DNA of 64,000 bases from Prochlorococcus sp. AG-347-K17 (GCA_003281385.1 QCCE01000003.1:34031-98030), one strand, 5' to 3'. Shown: positions 50,091 to 61,262, counted from the first letter of the stretch. The notes: generated from the sequence alone by a model not told the origin. Translations and numbers: made by a program.

Positions 50091-50945
50091 CTAATTCAGA
50101 GATTTTATTTGTATTGAAGCATTTAACCTTTTACTATCATTTGCAGGAATCATAATGTTTCTAAATCCATCAACAAAAGAATTTCGCGGACTAGTCCAAG
50201 GTTCAAGACATATCATGCTTCTTGGAGGATCACTCCAAATAACGCCTAAATCAAAAGGATATGGATGATTTAAAGTTACCTCTCTTTTAAAAATTTTATC
50301 TCGAAAAGAGCTTCTACCGGAAGTATACATAAGTAGATCAACTCCTAGATTAATTTTGTTTAATTCAACCAAAGTATTACTTATAGTATTTTTTTCTTGA
50401 TCCTGACAATTAAGTGGATTATCAATAAACTCTAAATTTTTGAAATCTGAAACATTAAAATAAGGATGCAAACCAAAATTTATAGGCATAGCAAATTCTG
50501 TTTTGTTATGGATTGAGATTGCAAATTCTAGACAATTAATTTTCAAGTTAACTTCAATATTTAGTTTGAAATCGAAAGGATAATATTTTTTAGTTTTTTT
50601 AGATTCATTTAAAAATAAGCATAAAGATTTTTCACTTTCATTAAAAGAGTGTTGCCATTGTAGATCCCTAGCGAAACCATGTTGTGTTAATTGCAAATAC
50701 TCTTTTCCAAATACCGAACCAGAGGTATTTAGATTTCCACAAATGGGGAACAAGATGGGAATACCTCCCCTAATACTTTTTGTCCTATCCATAAATCTTT
50801 TTTCATCGAAATAAAGTATCTCCTTACCATCCGAAATCCAATTTGTAATAACACCCCCTCTTTCAGGACAAAATTTAATGTAGTTATTTTGATCTAATTG
50901 AAAAATAAAAATTCCTTGGTCTTTATTAGATAATTTAATTTGCAC
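50091..50945 (-). CDS. aldose 1-epimerase superfamily protein
   Basis: 284-aa all-beta-looking ORF with IRGGIPILFPICG and QHGFARD, then GLHPYFN blocks typical of mutarotase-like proteins. Confidence 0.6.
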   Translation of the reverse strand: MQIKLSNKDQGIFIFQLDQNNYIKFCPERGGVITNWISDGKEILYFDEKRFMDRTKSIRGGIPILFPICGNLNTSGSVFGKEYLQLTQHGFARDLQWQHSFNESEKSLCLFLNESKKTKKYYPFDFKLNIEVNLKINCLEFAISIHNKTEFAMPINFGLHPYFNVSDFKNLEFIDNPLNCQDQEKNTISNTLVELNKINLGVDLLMYTSGRSSFRDKIFKREVTLNHPYPFDLGVIWSDPPRSMICLEPWTSPRNSFVDGFRNIMIPANDSKRLNASIQIKSLN

Positions 50946-50952
50946 AACTTAC

Positions 50953-51852
50953 TTAAAGAGAATCAACCCAATCCAAAATATGCTGATTAACTAATTCAGG
51001 TATTTCGTCATGGGGACAATGTCCAGCTTCAAGAATGATTTCTTTTGTATTCTTTGGTGTAAATTTTTTATAAAGATTTCTTTTTTTTGGAGTATTCATC
51101 CAAGGATCTTTTCCACCCCAGAGCAATAATAAGGGTGAATCAAGTTTTGCAAATAACTTGTCCAAGGGCAATCCCTGTGGACCTGATGGATTAAATACAC
51201 TTCTAAAAACATTAAAAGCTCCAAAATCTAGCGAAGGCTTTCTTATTGACTCAACTAAAAAATCATCAACATTTTTTTTATCAACATAAACTTGATTCAA
51301 AGTTTTTTTAATATTTTTTGGGTTTCTCATATTCTCAAAAATCAATCTTTGAAGTAAAATATTTTTCAAAAATATGCCGGCAACTGTTTCAATAGAGGTT
51401 TGCAACATATTCTTTTTAAGAGTTTTTTCTTCACTAAAGTATCCTGCAGCATTAAGTAATATCACTCCTGCGTTTAGTTCATCTAATTCTGAACCAGCTG
51501 CTAATGCTGCATAACCACCTAATGAATTTCCTACAACAATTGTAGGTTTTTTTATTTTCTCTTTTACATAAGCTACAACTTGATCTTTCCACAAAGACCC
51601 TGAGTATTCAACATCTTGAGGCTTAGGACTTTTGCCAAAACCAATTAGGTCCATAGCGTGAACTTCGTATTTTTCACTCAAAACAGGGATATTAAATCTC
51701 CAATGATCCGTGGAGGCTCCGAAACCATGAATTAATAAAATTGCACATTCTTTTAAGGTTTTCTTAGGATAAACCGAAAGAGTATGGATAGGATAATTTA
51801 AAAAATTCCAGTCATAATTTACATCACTTTCCATTAGAGCTGATTTTTCCAT
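50953..51852 (-). CDS. alpha/beta-fold hydrolase
   Basis: 299-aa ORF with HGFGAS (oxyanion region), the nucleophile elbow GNSLGG and C-terminal GHCPHDE. Confidence 0.8.
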   Translation of the reverse strand: MEKSALMESDVNYDWNFLNYPIHTLSVYPKKTLKECAILLIHGFGASTDHWRFNIPVLSEKYEVHAMDLIGFGKSPKPQDVEYSGSLWKDQVVAYVKEKIKKPTIVVGNSLGGYAALAAGSELDELNAGVILLNAAGYFSEEKTLKKNMLQTSIETVAGIFLKNILLQRLIFENMRNPKNIKKTLNQVYVDKKNVDDFLVESIRKPSLDFGAFNVFRSVFNPSGPQGLPLDKLFAKLDSPLLLLWGGKDPWMNTPKKRNLYKKFTPKNTKEIILEAGHCPHDEIPELVNQHILDWVDSL

Positions 51853-51894
51853 TTATTGAAATCATATTTTGATAGATTCTAATAAACTTATTTC

Positions 51895-53262
51895 CTAAAG
51901 AAGACCCACAGGATCAGCTGCAACATCATCTGAAATTTTATTACCATCATTTGGAGGCTTATCTTTTAAGACAATTCTCAAAAGAACAGGTGCAAGAAAT
52001 GTAGTTCCAATAACCATTAACAAAATAGCTGCTTCAAGAGAAGGAGTTAACAACTTTGCGCTTGTTCCCAGTCCAAGGAAAATTAAACCAACTTCCCCTC
52101 TAGGCATCATACCCAAACCTACAACTAATCTATTTGTAGGTTTATCACTTGAAAATACCCATCCTGCTGCAATTTTCCCAATAATAGCTACAACTAATAA
52201 AAATCCTGCAACAACAAGTGCTGACCTACTTGTTGGATCAAGTGGATTAATAACTGATAAATCCATCCCAGCTCCAACTAATACGAAGAAAATAGTTGCG
52301 AATAAGGATACTAAAGGTAAAACAGATTGTTGAATTGCATGATTATTTTTAGAACTGCTAAGAATCAATCCAGCGGCAAAAGCACCTAAAGCAGCTTCCA
52401 ATCCAATGGCTGTTGCTACAAAGCAACACAAAACAAGTATCACAAAAGAAGCTACGACTACGGCTCCTGGGGCCTTTAATCTATCTAATAACCAATCAAA
52501 ACCTGGAGCTGCTGTTCTACTTAATGCGATAGCAGCAATAACAAATACTACAGCTGCAGCAACTAATTTAACGATAGGAGCAATCTCTAAAGAACCTCCG
52601 GCTGCAAGGGCAACCACAACTGCAAGAATCACAATACCTAAAATATCATCCAAAACAGCAGCTCCAATAACAATCTGTCCTTCTCTAGTTTTTAAATATC
52701 CTAACTCTCCAAAAACACTTGCAGTAATTCCTATGCTAGTTGCTGTCATAGATGCACCAGCAAAGACTGCCGGAATTAAATCCACTTGAAAAATAAACAT
52801 TAATCCAAGAGTTCCAAAGGCAAACGGTAAAATCACGCCAGCCATAGCAACAGTGAAAGCCTGAGCTCCTACAGCTACTAGTTCCTCTAACTCACTTTCT
52901 AATCCTGTTAAAAATAGAAGAGCGTATAAACCTAGAGTTGCTACTGCTTGGAGGGAAGGGAAACTTTCAAAATACACATCAGGGACAGCTTCTGGGGGAA
53001 TTGATGCTAATGAGCTAATAACATTTACAAGTCCTTCATTTAATTCGGTTCCAGCTGAAGGCGGTATCAATAAATGAAATCCCGACGCCCCTATCACAAC
53101 CCCTGCAAGAAGCTCACCTACTATCGTTGGCAAACTTAGTCTTACTAATACTTCTGCTAATGCTCTTGCAGCTAAAAATATCAATAGAAACCTTATTACG
53201 CCTATCAACGTTTCAGCAACTTCTAAATCATGTGCACTTAATTCAGCAAGTAAAGAATACAT
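51895..53262 (-). CDS. monovalent cation/H+ antiporter (CPA2, Kef/NapA-type)
   Basis: 455-aa polytopic ORF rich in Ala/Gly/Val/Leu, with Na+/H+ exchanger-family blocks (GELLAGVVIG, MMPRGEVGLIF). Confidence 0.85.
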   Translation of the reverse strand: MYSLLAELSAHDLEVAETLIGVIRFLLIFLAARALAEVLVRLSLPTIVGELLAGVVIGASGFHLLIPPSAGTELNEGLVNVISSLASIPPEAVPDVYFESFPSLQAVATLGLYALLFLTGLESELEELVAVGAQAFTVAMAGVILPFAFGTLGLMFIFQVDLIPAVFAGASMTATSIGITASVFGELGYLKTREGQIVIGAAVLDDILGIVILAVVVALAAGGSLEIAPIVKLVAAAVVFVIAAIALSRTAAPGFDWLLDRLKAPGAVVVASFVILVLCCFVATAIGLEAALGAFAAGLILSSSKNNHAIQQSVLPLVSLFATIFFVLVGAGMDLSVINPLDPTSRSALVVAGFLLVVAIIGKIAAGWVFSSDKPTNRLVVGLGMMPRGEVGLIFLGLGTSAKLLTPSLEAAILLMVIGTTFLAPVLLRIVLKDKPPNDGNKISDDVAADPVGLL

Positions 53263-53398
53263 ATGAAATAAGAGAAAAAATAAACTACATAATTGGAAGA
53301 TAGTTTATTGAGGGCCCACTTTAAGAAATATGTAAGAAAAAAGCAAAAATACTCAACAAGTGTGGATCTGAAGTTACAACAGAGAAATTTTAAAAAAA

Positions 53399-55963
53399 AT
53401 GGCTATTGTCTGTTATATGACTAATCCAATGAATACCAACGAACCTTTCGATCTACGTTTGCCTACTCCTGGCTGTTACTTAGATCCTGAAAAAGCTGGC
53501 ATGGATTCAGATGCTGTTTTTCAGGGAATGACAGCCCATCTTTTTTATACTCTTGGAAAGTTAGCTACTTCTGCAAGTCCTCACGACTTGTACATGGCTT
53601 TAAGTTACGCAGTTAAAGATAGGCTAATGACTAGATATTTAGCCAGTCAAGAAGTAATAAGAAAAAAACCACAAAAAACTGTCGCCTATTTATCAGCAGA
53701 ATTTTTAATAGGCCCTCAATTAAGTAATAATCTTCTCAATCTTGGAATAACTAAAGAGGCTGAAGATGCATTAAAGAGATTTGGCATTGAATCATTATCA
53801 ACAATTCTTGAAGTTGAAGAGGAGCCTGGATTAGGTAATGGTGGGCTTGGCAGACTTGCAGCTTGTTACATGGAATCATTAGCATCTCTACAGGTTCCAG
53901 CTGTTGGTTATGGTATTAGATACGAATTTGGTATATTTAATCAACTAATTAGGGATGGTTGGCAAGTTGAAGTAACTGACAAATGGTTAAAGGGTGGATG
54001 GCCATGGGAACTCCCACAACCGGACGAATCATGTTTTGTTGGTTTTGGAGGCAGAACTGAAAGCTATAGAGACGATAAAGGAAATTATAGATCAAGATGG
54101 ATTCCTTCAGAACATGCGATAGGAGTTCCTCATGATGTTCCCGTTTTAGGTTACAGAGTAAATACATGTGACAGATTAAGATTATGGAGAGCTGATGCAA
54201 CAGAAAGTTTTGACTTTTATGCATTCAATATTGGTGATTATTATGGTGCAGTAGAAGAAAAGGTTGCATCAGAAACTCTTTCAAAAGTTCTTTATCCGAA
54301 TGATGGAACTGACGAAGGTAGAAGATTAAGACTCAAACAACAACACTTTTTTGTGAGTTGTTCTCTTCAGGATATGTTGAGAAGCCTTGAAAAAAGATCA
54401 ATATCAATAACAGAATTCCCTCAGCACTGGACAGTACAGCTGAATGACACCCATCCTGCCATAGCAGTTGCGGAATTAATGAGACTTCTTATTGATCAAT
54501 ATCAAATAGGTTGGGATAAAGCTTGGAACATAACAACTTCCTCAGTTGCTTACACCAACCACACACTGTTACCTGAAGCTTTAGAGAAATGGGATTTAGG
54601 TTTATTTAATGATCTTCTTCCTCGTCATCTAGAAATTATTTATGAAATTAATTGGAGATTTCTACAACAATTAAGACTACGTTATCCTGGTGATGACAAA
54701 ATCCTTCAAAAACTCTCAATTATTGATGAAGAAGGCTCCAAGTCAGTTCGTATGGCTCATTTAGCTACAATTGGAGCACATCATATAAATGGTGTTGCAG
54801 CTCTTCACTCAGATTTAATAAAAAGACAACTTCTTCCTGAATTTGCTGCTCTATGGCCTGAAAAATTTACAAATGTTACTAATGGAGTGACTCCTAGAAG
54901 ATGGGTCGCATTATCTAATCCATCATTATCGAACCTTCTAGAAAAAGAAGTAGGTCCAAATTGGATAACAAATATGGAACTTCTTAAAAAATTAGAAGAA
55001 AAAAAGGATGACAGCAATTTTTTACAAAAATTTGAGGAAACTAAACTAAGCGGCAAAAGACAATTAGCTAGTTTTATTCACTCAAAAACTGGAATACTTG
55101 TAGATCCATCAAGTTTATTTGATGTTCAAGTTAAAAGAATTCATCAATATAAAAGACAACATTTAAACGCTCTACAAATTATTGCTCAATACTTAAGAAT
55201 CAAAAATGGGACAAACAAATACGAAGTCCCAAGAACAATCATATTTGGAGGTAAAGCTGCACCAGGTTACTTTATGGCAAAGCTGATGATTAGATTTATT
55301 AATGGTATTGCTGATGTAGTTAATTCTGATCCAGATATGGACGGCTTATTAAGAGTTGTTTTCCTACCAGATTATAACGTTAAACTTGGTGAGTTAGTTT
55401 ATCCAGCAACGGATCTTTCAGAACAAATTTCAACTGCTGGGAAAGAAGCATCTGGAACTGGAAATATGAAGTTTGCTATGAATGGAGCTTTAACGATTGG
55501 AACCTTAGACGGAGCTAATGTGGAATTAAGAGATCTTGTAAAAAAAGAGAACTTCTTCCTCTTCGGAAACACTGAGAGTGAAATTATGGAGTTAAAAAAT
55601 AATAATTACTCTCCCAAATCTTTTATTGAACAATGCCCAGAACTTAAAGAGGTTATACATCTTATTGAAATTGGCCATTTTAGTAATGGAGATAAAGAAT
55701 TATTTAAACCTTTATTAAACAGCTTGACTGGACATGACCCATTTTTTGTTATGGCTGACTTTGAAGACTACTTAAATAAGCAGGATGTAGTAAGTGAATG
55801 CTGGAATAACAAAAAATCTTGGAATAGAATGGCATTATTAAATACTGCTAGATCAGGATATTTTTCTTCAGATAGATCTATAAGAGAGTACTGTAAATCA
55901 ATTTGGAAAGTCTCTCCAATGCCGGTTGAAATTACTTGTAATGTTGAAGAATTAACTAATTAA
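53399..55963 (+). CDS. glgP: glycogen/alpha-glucan phosphorylase
   Basis: 854-aa ORF with the GLGNGGLGRLAAC block and the pyridoxal-phosphate site EASGTGNMKFAMNGALTIGT. The true start may be the internal MTNPMN. Confidence 0.97.
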   Translation: MAIVCYMTNPMNTNEPFDLRLPTPGCYLDPEKAGMDSDAVFQGMTAHLFYTLGKLATSASPHDLYMALSYAVKDRLMTRYLASQEVIRKKPQKTVAYLSAEFLIGPQLSNNLLNLGITKEAEDALKRFGIESLSTILEVEEEPGLGNGGLGRLAACYMESLASLQVPAVGYGIRYEFGIFNQLIRDGWQVEVTDKWLKGGWPWELPQPDESCFVGFGGRTESYRDDKGNYRSRWIPSEHAIGVPHDVPVLGYRVNTCDRLRLWRADATESFDFYAFNIGDYYGAVEEKVASETLSKVLYPNDGTDEGRRLRLKQQHFFVSCSLQDMLRSLEKRSISITEFPQHWTVQLNDTHPAIAVAELMRLLIDQYQIGWDKAWNITTSSVAYTNHTLLPEALEKWDLGLFNDLLPRHLEIIYEINWRFLQQLRLRYPGDDKILQKLSIIDEEGSKSVRMAHLATIGAHHINGVAALHSDLIKRQLLPEFAALWPEKFTNVTNGVTPRRWVALSNPSLSNLLEKEVGPNWITNMELLKKLEEKKDDSNFLQKFEETKLSGKRQLASFIHSKTGILVDPSSLFDVQVKRIHQYKRQHLNALQIIAQYLRIKNGTNKYEVPRTIIFGGKAAPGYFMAKLMIRFINGIADVVNSDPDMDGLLRVVFLPDYNVKLGELVYPATDLSEQISTAGKEASGTGNMKFAMNGALTIGTLDGANVELRDLVKKENFFLFGNTESEIMELKNNNYSPKSFIEQCPELKEVIHLIEIGHFSNGDKELFKPLLNSLTGHDPFFVMADFEDYLNKQDVVSECWNNKKSWNRMALLNTARSGYFSSDRSIREYCKSIWKVSPMPVEITCNVEELTN

Positions 55964-56411
55964 TATTCTTCTTATCTGGTGAATCTGGAGTTTGATGAAA
56001 TAATCTATTCAAAATTAATCTATCCATATTTAATGGATCTGGAGCTAATTCATTTGCAATTTCTTGAAATTTAGATTCAATTTTGTTTGAAATTTTTGAA
56101 TCAAATATTCTTTCCATTAATGCTTCAATTGAATATAAATAGGCATTAACACTTTCAATTTCATCTAAAGCTTCAGTAATTTCTTTATCAGAAATATGTA
56201 TTTCATCTGGACTGATATTTTTATTTGATTCTCTTTCAGATATTTCTCTCTGCAGCTCATCGGTAACCTTAGTACAAAGAGTTCTAAAAGATTGAATAGA
56301 TGCCCAATTCAATTCTTGTTGCTGCTTAAAAGTAGGAAATTCTCTAATCAGACGATCATGCTGTTTATAAAATCTCTGACAATCAGAGCATTGACATGGT
56401 TCTTCAGCCAA
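55956..56411 (-). CDS. conserved hypothetical protein
   Basis: 151-aa helical ORF with N-terminal CQCSDCQ. Its 3' end overlaps the glgP 3' end by 8 nt (convergent). Confidence 0.5.
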   Translation of the reverse strand: MAEEPCQCSDCQRFYKQHDRLIREFPTFKQQQELNWASIQSFRTLCTKVTDELQREISERESNKNISPDEIHISDKEITEALDEIESVNAYLYSIEALMERIFDSKISNKIESKFQEIANELAPDPLNMDRLILNRLFHQTPDSPDKKNIN

Positions 56412-56442
56412 ATGAAAATATAATTCTCTCTATATCATCTCA

Positions 56443-56775
56443 CTAATTCGGCGAAATTGTAGGACCATCCAATAATTCGTCATTTTCATCGAGTGAATCT
56501 GGGCTATCTGGCAAAGGTATTTCAATACTAGTAACCAAATTAATAACATCTCTTAGTCTCATAGAATCAGCAAACCATCCCATCGCTTGCTCGGCATCAC
56601 CTCTTTTTTCAGCATCATTTGCTTGATCTTCGTGAGCCTCAGCCAATAGAGCAAGCCAGCAAAGGCATCTTGCTTGAACTATTGAAAGATCTAAATCATT
56701 AGGTTGGGATTTAGAAATACGCTCATGCTCTTGTTGAATTAAGAGCTTTAAACGCATATCATGCAACTTAGCCAT
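56443..56775 (-). CDS. conserved hypothetical protein
   Basis: 110-aa acidic helical ORF. No motif recognised. Confidence 0.5.
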   Translation of the reverse strand: MAKLHDMRLKLLIQQEHERISKSQPNDLDLSIVQARCLCWLALLAEAHEDQANDAEKRGDAEQAMGWFADSMRLRDVINLVTSIEIPLPDSPDSLDENDELLDGPTISPN

Positions 56776-56853
56776 AAAAGATTTATTACTAACTATACGC
56801 TAGCTAGAGAGTAGCAAGTTTGCACACATACTACATATAGTTTTTTATTTTTA

Positions 56854-56927
<74 letters not shown>

Positions 56928-56965
56928 AATAGATGATTTTTGGAGTATTAAGCATTATGCTAGAT

Positions 56966-57342
56966 GAAAGCAGGAGAGGTAATCGCAAGAAAGTTTTATT
57001 TTGTTTCCAAAATAAAACTTTCTTGAGGAAAGTCCGGGCTCCCACATGGTCAGGCTTGCTGGGTAATTCCCAGTGCGGGTAACCGTGAGGATAGTGCCAC
57101 AGAAACATACCGCCTAATACTTTATGTATGGCAAGGGTGCAAGGGTGTGGTAAGAGCGCACCAGCAACATTGAGAAGTGTTGGCTAGGTAAACCCCGGCT
57201 GGGAGCAAGGCTAAGTAGATTTATGACCATTAAACAATCTACTTTTAAGCGCCGCTTGAGACTGTGAAGTAATTCCAGTCCTAGATAGATGATTGCCCAT
57301 CTTAATTAAGATGAACAGAACCCGGCTTATGACCTGCTTTCT
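56966..57342 (+). ncRNA. rnpB: RNase P RNA (bacterial type A)
   Basis: Universally conserved P4 strands GAGGAAAGTCCGGGCTCC (near 57023-57040) and ACAGAACCCGGCTTAT (near 57315-57330). Internal AGGGTGCAAGGGTG...GTAAGAGCGCACC block. Terminal P1 pairing GAAAGCAGG/CCTGCTTTC. Ends are approximate, within about 5 nt. Confidence 0.93.
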
Positions 57343-57366
57343 AATTTTTGTGATTATTCCAACCTA

Positions 57367-58116
57367 ATGACAAATATAATCAACGCAAAAAGAATTAAAC
57401 AAATAACTATTTTTTTAAAATCACTAAATATTAAATCAAAAAGATTTTCTGAAATAATTAATACCCAAAATATATCAATTATTCAGGAATTTAATCAAGC
57501 ATTCATCCATTCCTCAGAGGACAAAATAATAAATTACGAAAAACTAGAATTTTTCGGCGATGCGGTACTCAGATTAGCTGCTTCTAACTTTATTGAAAAA
57601 AAATATCCTCAAATGAGTGTAGGAGAAAGATCAGAGCTTAGAGCACAGATTGTTAGTGATGAATGGTTAATCAAATTAGGGAAAAAAATTAATATAGAAA
57701 AATTAATAATTAAAGGACCTAAAGCTCTTGGTGATGAAAATTCAAAAAATACTATTATTGGTGAAGCTACAGAAGCTCTAATCGGTGCTCTTTACAAGTG
57801 TTTTAATTCACTCAAGGAAGTGAATCTTTGGTTAGATGATATTTGGAAAGAAGATTCAGAAATATTTTTAAAAGCTCCCTATAAATTCAAGTCTAAGACT
57901 GTATTGCAAGAGTGGTGTCAAAGTAAAGGTTTTGATTTACCAGTTTATAAAATAATTGAAGTATCAAAGAAGAACGGAGACCCAAAAAGATTTTCTTGCG
58001 ATATATTTATCAAAGGGTTAAAGGAATCATCTGCATTTGGCAAATCACATAAACAAGCAGAAACAAATGCGGCTAAAGTTTTGATAGAAAAATTTATAAC
58101 TACAGGTAAATTCTAA
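57367..58116 (+). CDS. rnc: ribonuclease III
   Basis: 249-aa ORF with the RNase III signature EKLEFFGDAVLRL and a C-terminal dsRBD (KSKTVLQEWCQSKG...). Confidence 0.93.
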   Translation: MTNIINAKRIKQITIFLKSLNIKSKRFSEIINTQNISIIQEFNQAFIHSSEDKIINYEKLEFFGDAVLRLAASNFIEKKYPQMSVGERSELRAQIVSDEWLIKLGKKINIEKLIIKGPKALGDENSKNTIIGEATEALIGALYKCFNSLKEVNLWLDDIWKEDSEIFLKAPYKFKSKTVLQEWCQSKGFDLPVYKIIEVSKKNGDPKRFSCDIFIKGLKESSAFGKSHKQAETNAAKVLIEKFITTGKF

Positions 58117-58119
58117 TTT

Positions 58120-58314
58120 TTATACTATTTCTAAATTCATTAAATGAAAGGTTATGAGTTTATCCCAATTCCCCCCTTCAAATAGAACAGCTGCTCTTTT
58201 CTTTGTAACTCGCTGTACAAACCCTTTGTATCCTCTGTATATGGAGTTAGTGTCTTTTACGACAACAAAAGATCCGGGGAGTATTGGTTTAGTAGATGAT
58301 TCCATTAAAAACAC
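58120..58314 (-). CDS. ndhS: NDH-1 subunit S (NdhS/CRR31-like SH3-fold protein)
   Basis: 64-aa ORF with PGSFVVVKD...YRGYKGFVQRVTKKRAAVLFEGGNWDKLITF, matching the small cyanobacterial NdhS family as I recall it. The start may be the internal MESS (58305). Confidence 0.7.
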   Translation of the reverse strand: MFLMESSTKPILPGSFVVVKDTNSIYRGYKGFVQRVTKKRAAVLFEGGNWDKLITFHLMNLEIV

Positions 58315-58330
58315 TTTCTAATACAATTTT

Positions 58331-58876
58331 ATGATAAATAAAAATGAATGGTTGATTGTTGGATTGATAACATCATGTCATGGAATTAAGGGACAGCTAA
58401 AGGTTAAATCCTTAAGTGATTTTGAAGAAAGATTTTTAAAGCCAGGCGTGAGATGGTTGCAAAAAGAAGATGAACCTCCTTCAAAAATAGAACTTTTATC
58501 TGGTTTCAAACAGCCTGGTAAAGAAACCTTTATAGTAAAAATAAAAGGATTAAATACAAGAAATAATGCAGAGCAACTAAAAAAATCTAAAATTCTTGTA
58601 AAAACAGATAACCTACCTAAATTAAAAAAGGAAGAATTTCACTTTTTGGAACTTATAAACCTGGAGGTAAAGATAAAGACCTTAGAAGATGATGAATTAA
58701 AAATAATTGGGAAAGTTATTGATTTGGAAAATGAGAAAAATAATTTACTTGTTGTTGAATTATTTAAAAATCAAAAAAAAGTTTTTATTCCGTTTGTTAA
58801 AGAAATAGTCCCATTAGTAGATATAAAAAGAAATTTTTTAATCATCAAACCTCCAAATGGACTTTTAGAGCTATAA
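58331..58876 (+). CDS. rimM: 16S rRNA processing protein RimM
   Basis: 181-aa ORF with the N-terminal [22 protein letters not shown] block and a C-terminal PRC-barrel-like region. Confidence 0.88.
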   Translation: MINKNEWLIVGLITSCHGIKGQLKVKSLSDFEERFLKPGVRWLQKEDEPPSKIELLSGFKQPGKETFIVKIKGLNTRNNAEQLKKSKILVKTDNLPKLKKEEFHFLELINLEVKIKTLEDDELKIIGKVIDLENEKNNLLVVELFKNQKKVFIPFVKEIVPLVDIKRNFLIIKPPNGLLEL

Positions 58877-58908
58877 ATTTTAAAAAGTAAAAATATGTGA
58901 GAAACTAA

Positions 58909-60804
58909 TCATTCCACAGTTACACTTTTAGCTAAATTTCTTGGTTGATCCACGTCAAGTCCTCTATGAGCTGCGATATGGTAACTCAATAATTGTAAGG
59001 GCAATATATTTAGTAAAGGGGAAATCCATTCATTATAGGAAGGGACTTTCATTAAGAAATCAAAGATTTCAGTCCCATCGCATTCAGGAGCAATCCCAAT
59101 CAAATATGCATCTCTAGCTTTTGCTTCTTGAGCATTACTTATAACTTTATCAAAAACTTCCCCAGGGGAGGCAATTGAGATTACAGGTACTTTTTTATCT
59201 AGTAAAGCTATTGGACCATGTTTCATTTCGCCAGCAGGATATCCAGCTGCATGAATATAACTAATTTCCTTAAGTTTTAACGCGCCTTCAAGAGCAATTG
59301 GATAATTTATTCCTCTTCCTAAAAAAATTACATCTTTAATATTAAAAAAGTCATGTGCTAACTTTTCTGAAGATTTATTATGTTTCTCCAAGAGATCTTC
59401 CAGTAATGGTGGAAGTTTCAAAAGTTCGTTTATTAATTTGCCGATTTCATCAGGGCTTTGATTGCCTTTAATTTGAGCAAATTTTATGGCTAATCCATAA
59501 AAAGAAAGTAATTGAGCAAAAAATGTTTTTGTTGCTGCTACTCCAACTTCTATTCCTGCACAGATGTCAATTATATTTGAAACCTGCCTTCCTATAGAAC
59601 TCTCTTTTCTATTTGTTATTGCAATAAGATTGGGTTTAAATTTTTTATCTTCAATTGAAGAACGTCTTTTAATTTCCATATCGATAGCCGCGATTGTATC
59701 AGCAGTTTCTCCAGATTGAGTAACTCCAATAGTTAATGTATTTGGCAAAAGTGGAGGTGGAGAATAACGAAATTCGCTTGCATAAAAGACATTTGTAGGG
59801 ATATTAGAAAATTGTTCTAATAAGAAGCTGCCCACCATTGCAGCATGTTTGCTCGTACCACAAGCAATGATTTCAATTCTTTCTATTGATTCAAAAAACT
59901 CTGTATCAAAGGGATAGTTGATTTGATATTGGCCATTATCTAAGTTTTTAATTAAATAATTTTCCAACCAGTTTTTTGCAGTATCAGGCTGATCATATAT
60001 CTCTTTTAACATAAAATGTTTGAAATTCATCTTATCCATTATTTGCTCTGAGACTTTCAAAGAAACTGGATTTCGATATTGTCTCTCGTTGTTTGAGTCA
60101 TATATTTCAATTCCAAGCGGAGTTAATAAAGCTATTTCCTCATCCTCCATAGGAAGAATAATATTCGTAAAATTTGCAATTGCAGGAGTATCACTCGCAC
60201 AAATAAATTCTCCTTCACCCAAACCAATAATCAAAGGAGCTTGTCTTCTTGCAACTACCAAAGAGGTTGGAGCACCAGCCCATAAAACTGCCAAAGCATA
60301 GGATCCTTCTAAATCAGATATTACATTTCTTACAGCTACTAATAATGTTGAACCATTATTCTCAAGATTAAGTTTACTTAGTGTATTTAACTCTCTTTGA
60401 ATTAGATGGGGAATTACCTCGGTATCTGTATCAGAATTAAAAATAATGCCCTCTTTCTCTAATTTATTTTTTAAATCTTGGAAATTTTCAATTATGCCAT
60501 TTTGAACAACTGCTATGGTCCCTGAACTATCAGTATGAGGATGTGCATTTTTAATCTCAGGTTTTCCATGAGTTGCCCAACGGGTGTGACCTATACCAAC
60601 AGTTCCAGGAATATTCTGATCATCAAGATCACTTATTAAATTTTTAAGTTTTCCTTCTGCTTTATTACAAGAAATACTATTTGTTTCGGTATTTATTATT
60701 GCAATGCCTGCAGAATCATAACCCCTATATTCAAGTTTTTCTAAACCATTAATTAATAATGGTAAAGCTTTTTTATATCCAGTTACTGCAACTATCCCAC
60801 ACAT
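58909..60804 (-). CDS. glmS: glutamine-fructose-6-phosphate aminotransferase (isomerising)
   Basis: 631-aa ORF starting MCGIVA (Ntn Cys), with two SIS domains and the C-terminal KSVTVE. Confidence 0.97.
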   Translation of the reverse strand: MCGIVAVTGYKKALPLLINGLEKLEYRGYDSAGIAIINTETNSISCNKAEGKLKNLISDLDDQNIPGTVGIGHTRWATHGKPEIKNAHPHTDSSGTIAVVQNGIIENFQDLKNKLEKEGIIFNSDTDTEVIPHLIQRELNTLSKLNLENNGSTLLVAVRNVISDLEGSYALAVLWAGAPTSLVVARRQAPLIIGLGEGEFICASDTPAIANFTNIILPMEDEEIALLTPLGIEIYDSNNERQYRNPVSLKVSEQIMDKMNFKHFMLKEIYDQPDTAKNWLENYLIKNLDNGQYQINYPFDTEFFESIERIEIIACGTSKHAAMVGSFLLEQFSNIPTNVFYASEFRYSPPPLLPNTLTIGVTQSGETADTIAAIDMEIKRRSSIEDKKFKPNLIAITNRKESSIGRQVSNIIDICAGIEVGVAATKTFFAQLLSFYGLAIKFAQIKGNQSPDEIGKLINELLKLPPLLEDLLEKHNKSSEKLAHDFFNIKDVIFLGRGINYPIALEGALKLKEISYIHAAGYPAGEMKHGPIALLDKKVPVISIASPGEVFDKVISNAQEAKARDAYLIGIAPECDGTEIFDFLMKVPSYNEWISPLLNILPLQLLSYHIAAHRGLDVDQPRNLAKSVTVE

Positions 60805-60883
60805 ACGAATTTTTTTTTCAATTATATTGAAATAAAATAGGTATTTATAAAAAAATGGACTGTCTTAAAACTGCACTACAAAA

Positions 60884-61171
<288 letters not shown>

Positions 61172-61262
61172 TTACAAAGAAATTAAAAAAATTAAGATAT
61201 GCTTCACTCTTGTTAACTCTAGGGCATAAAATCATATAGATAATTAGTAATTTCCATAAACT

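Noticed and set aside
52406-52789. 127-aa plus-strand ORF rich in Ala/Thr.
   Set aside because: It is antisense to the antiporter gene. That gene's Ala/Gly/Val-rich codons create a long open complementary frame, and it has no start context or motifs.
60805-60883. Possible glmS ribozyme upstream of glmS.
   Set aside because: The 79-nt AT-rich spacer is too short and lacks the conserved glmS ribozyme core, and as I recall this ribozyme is mainly a Gram-positive feature.
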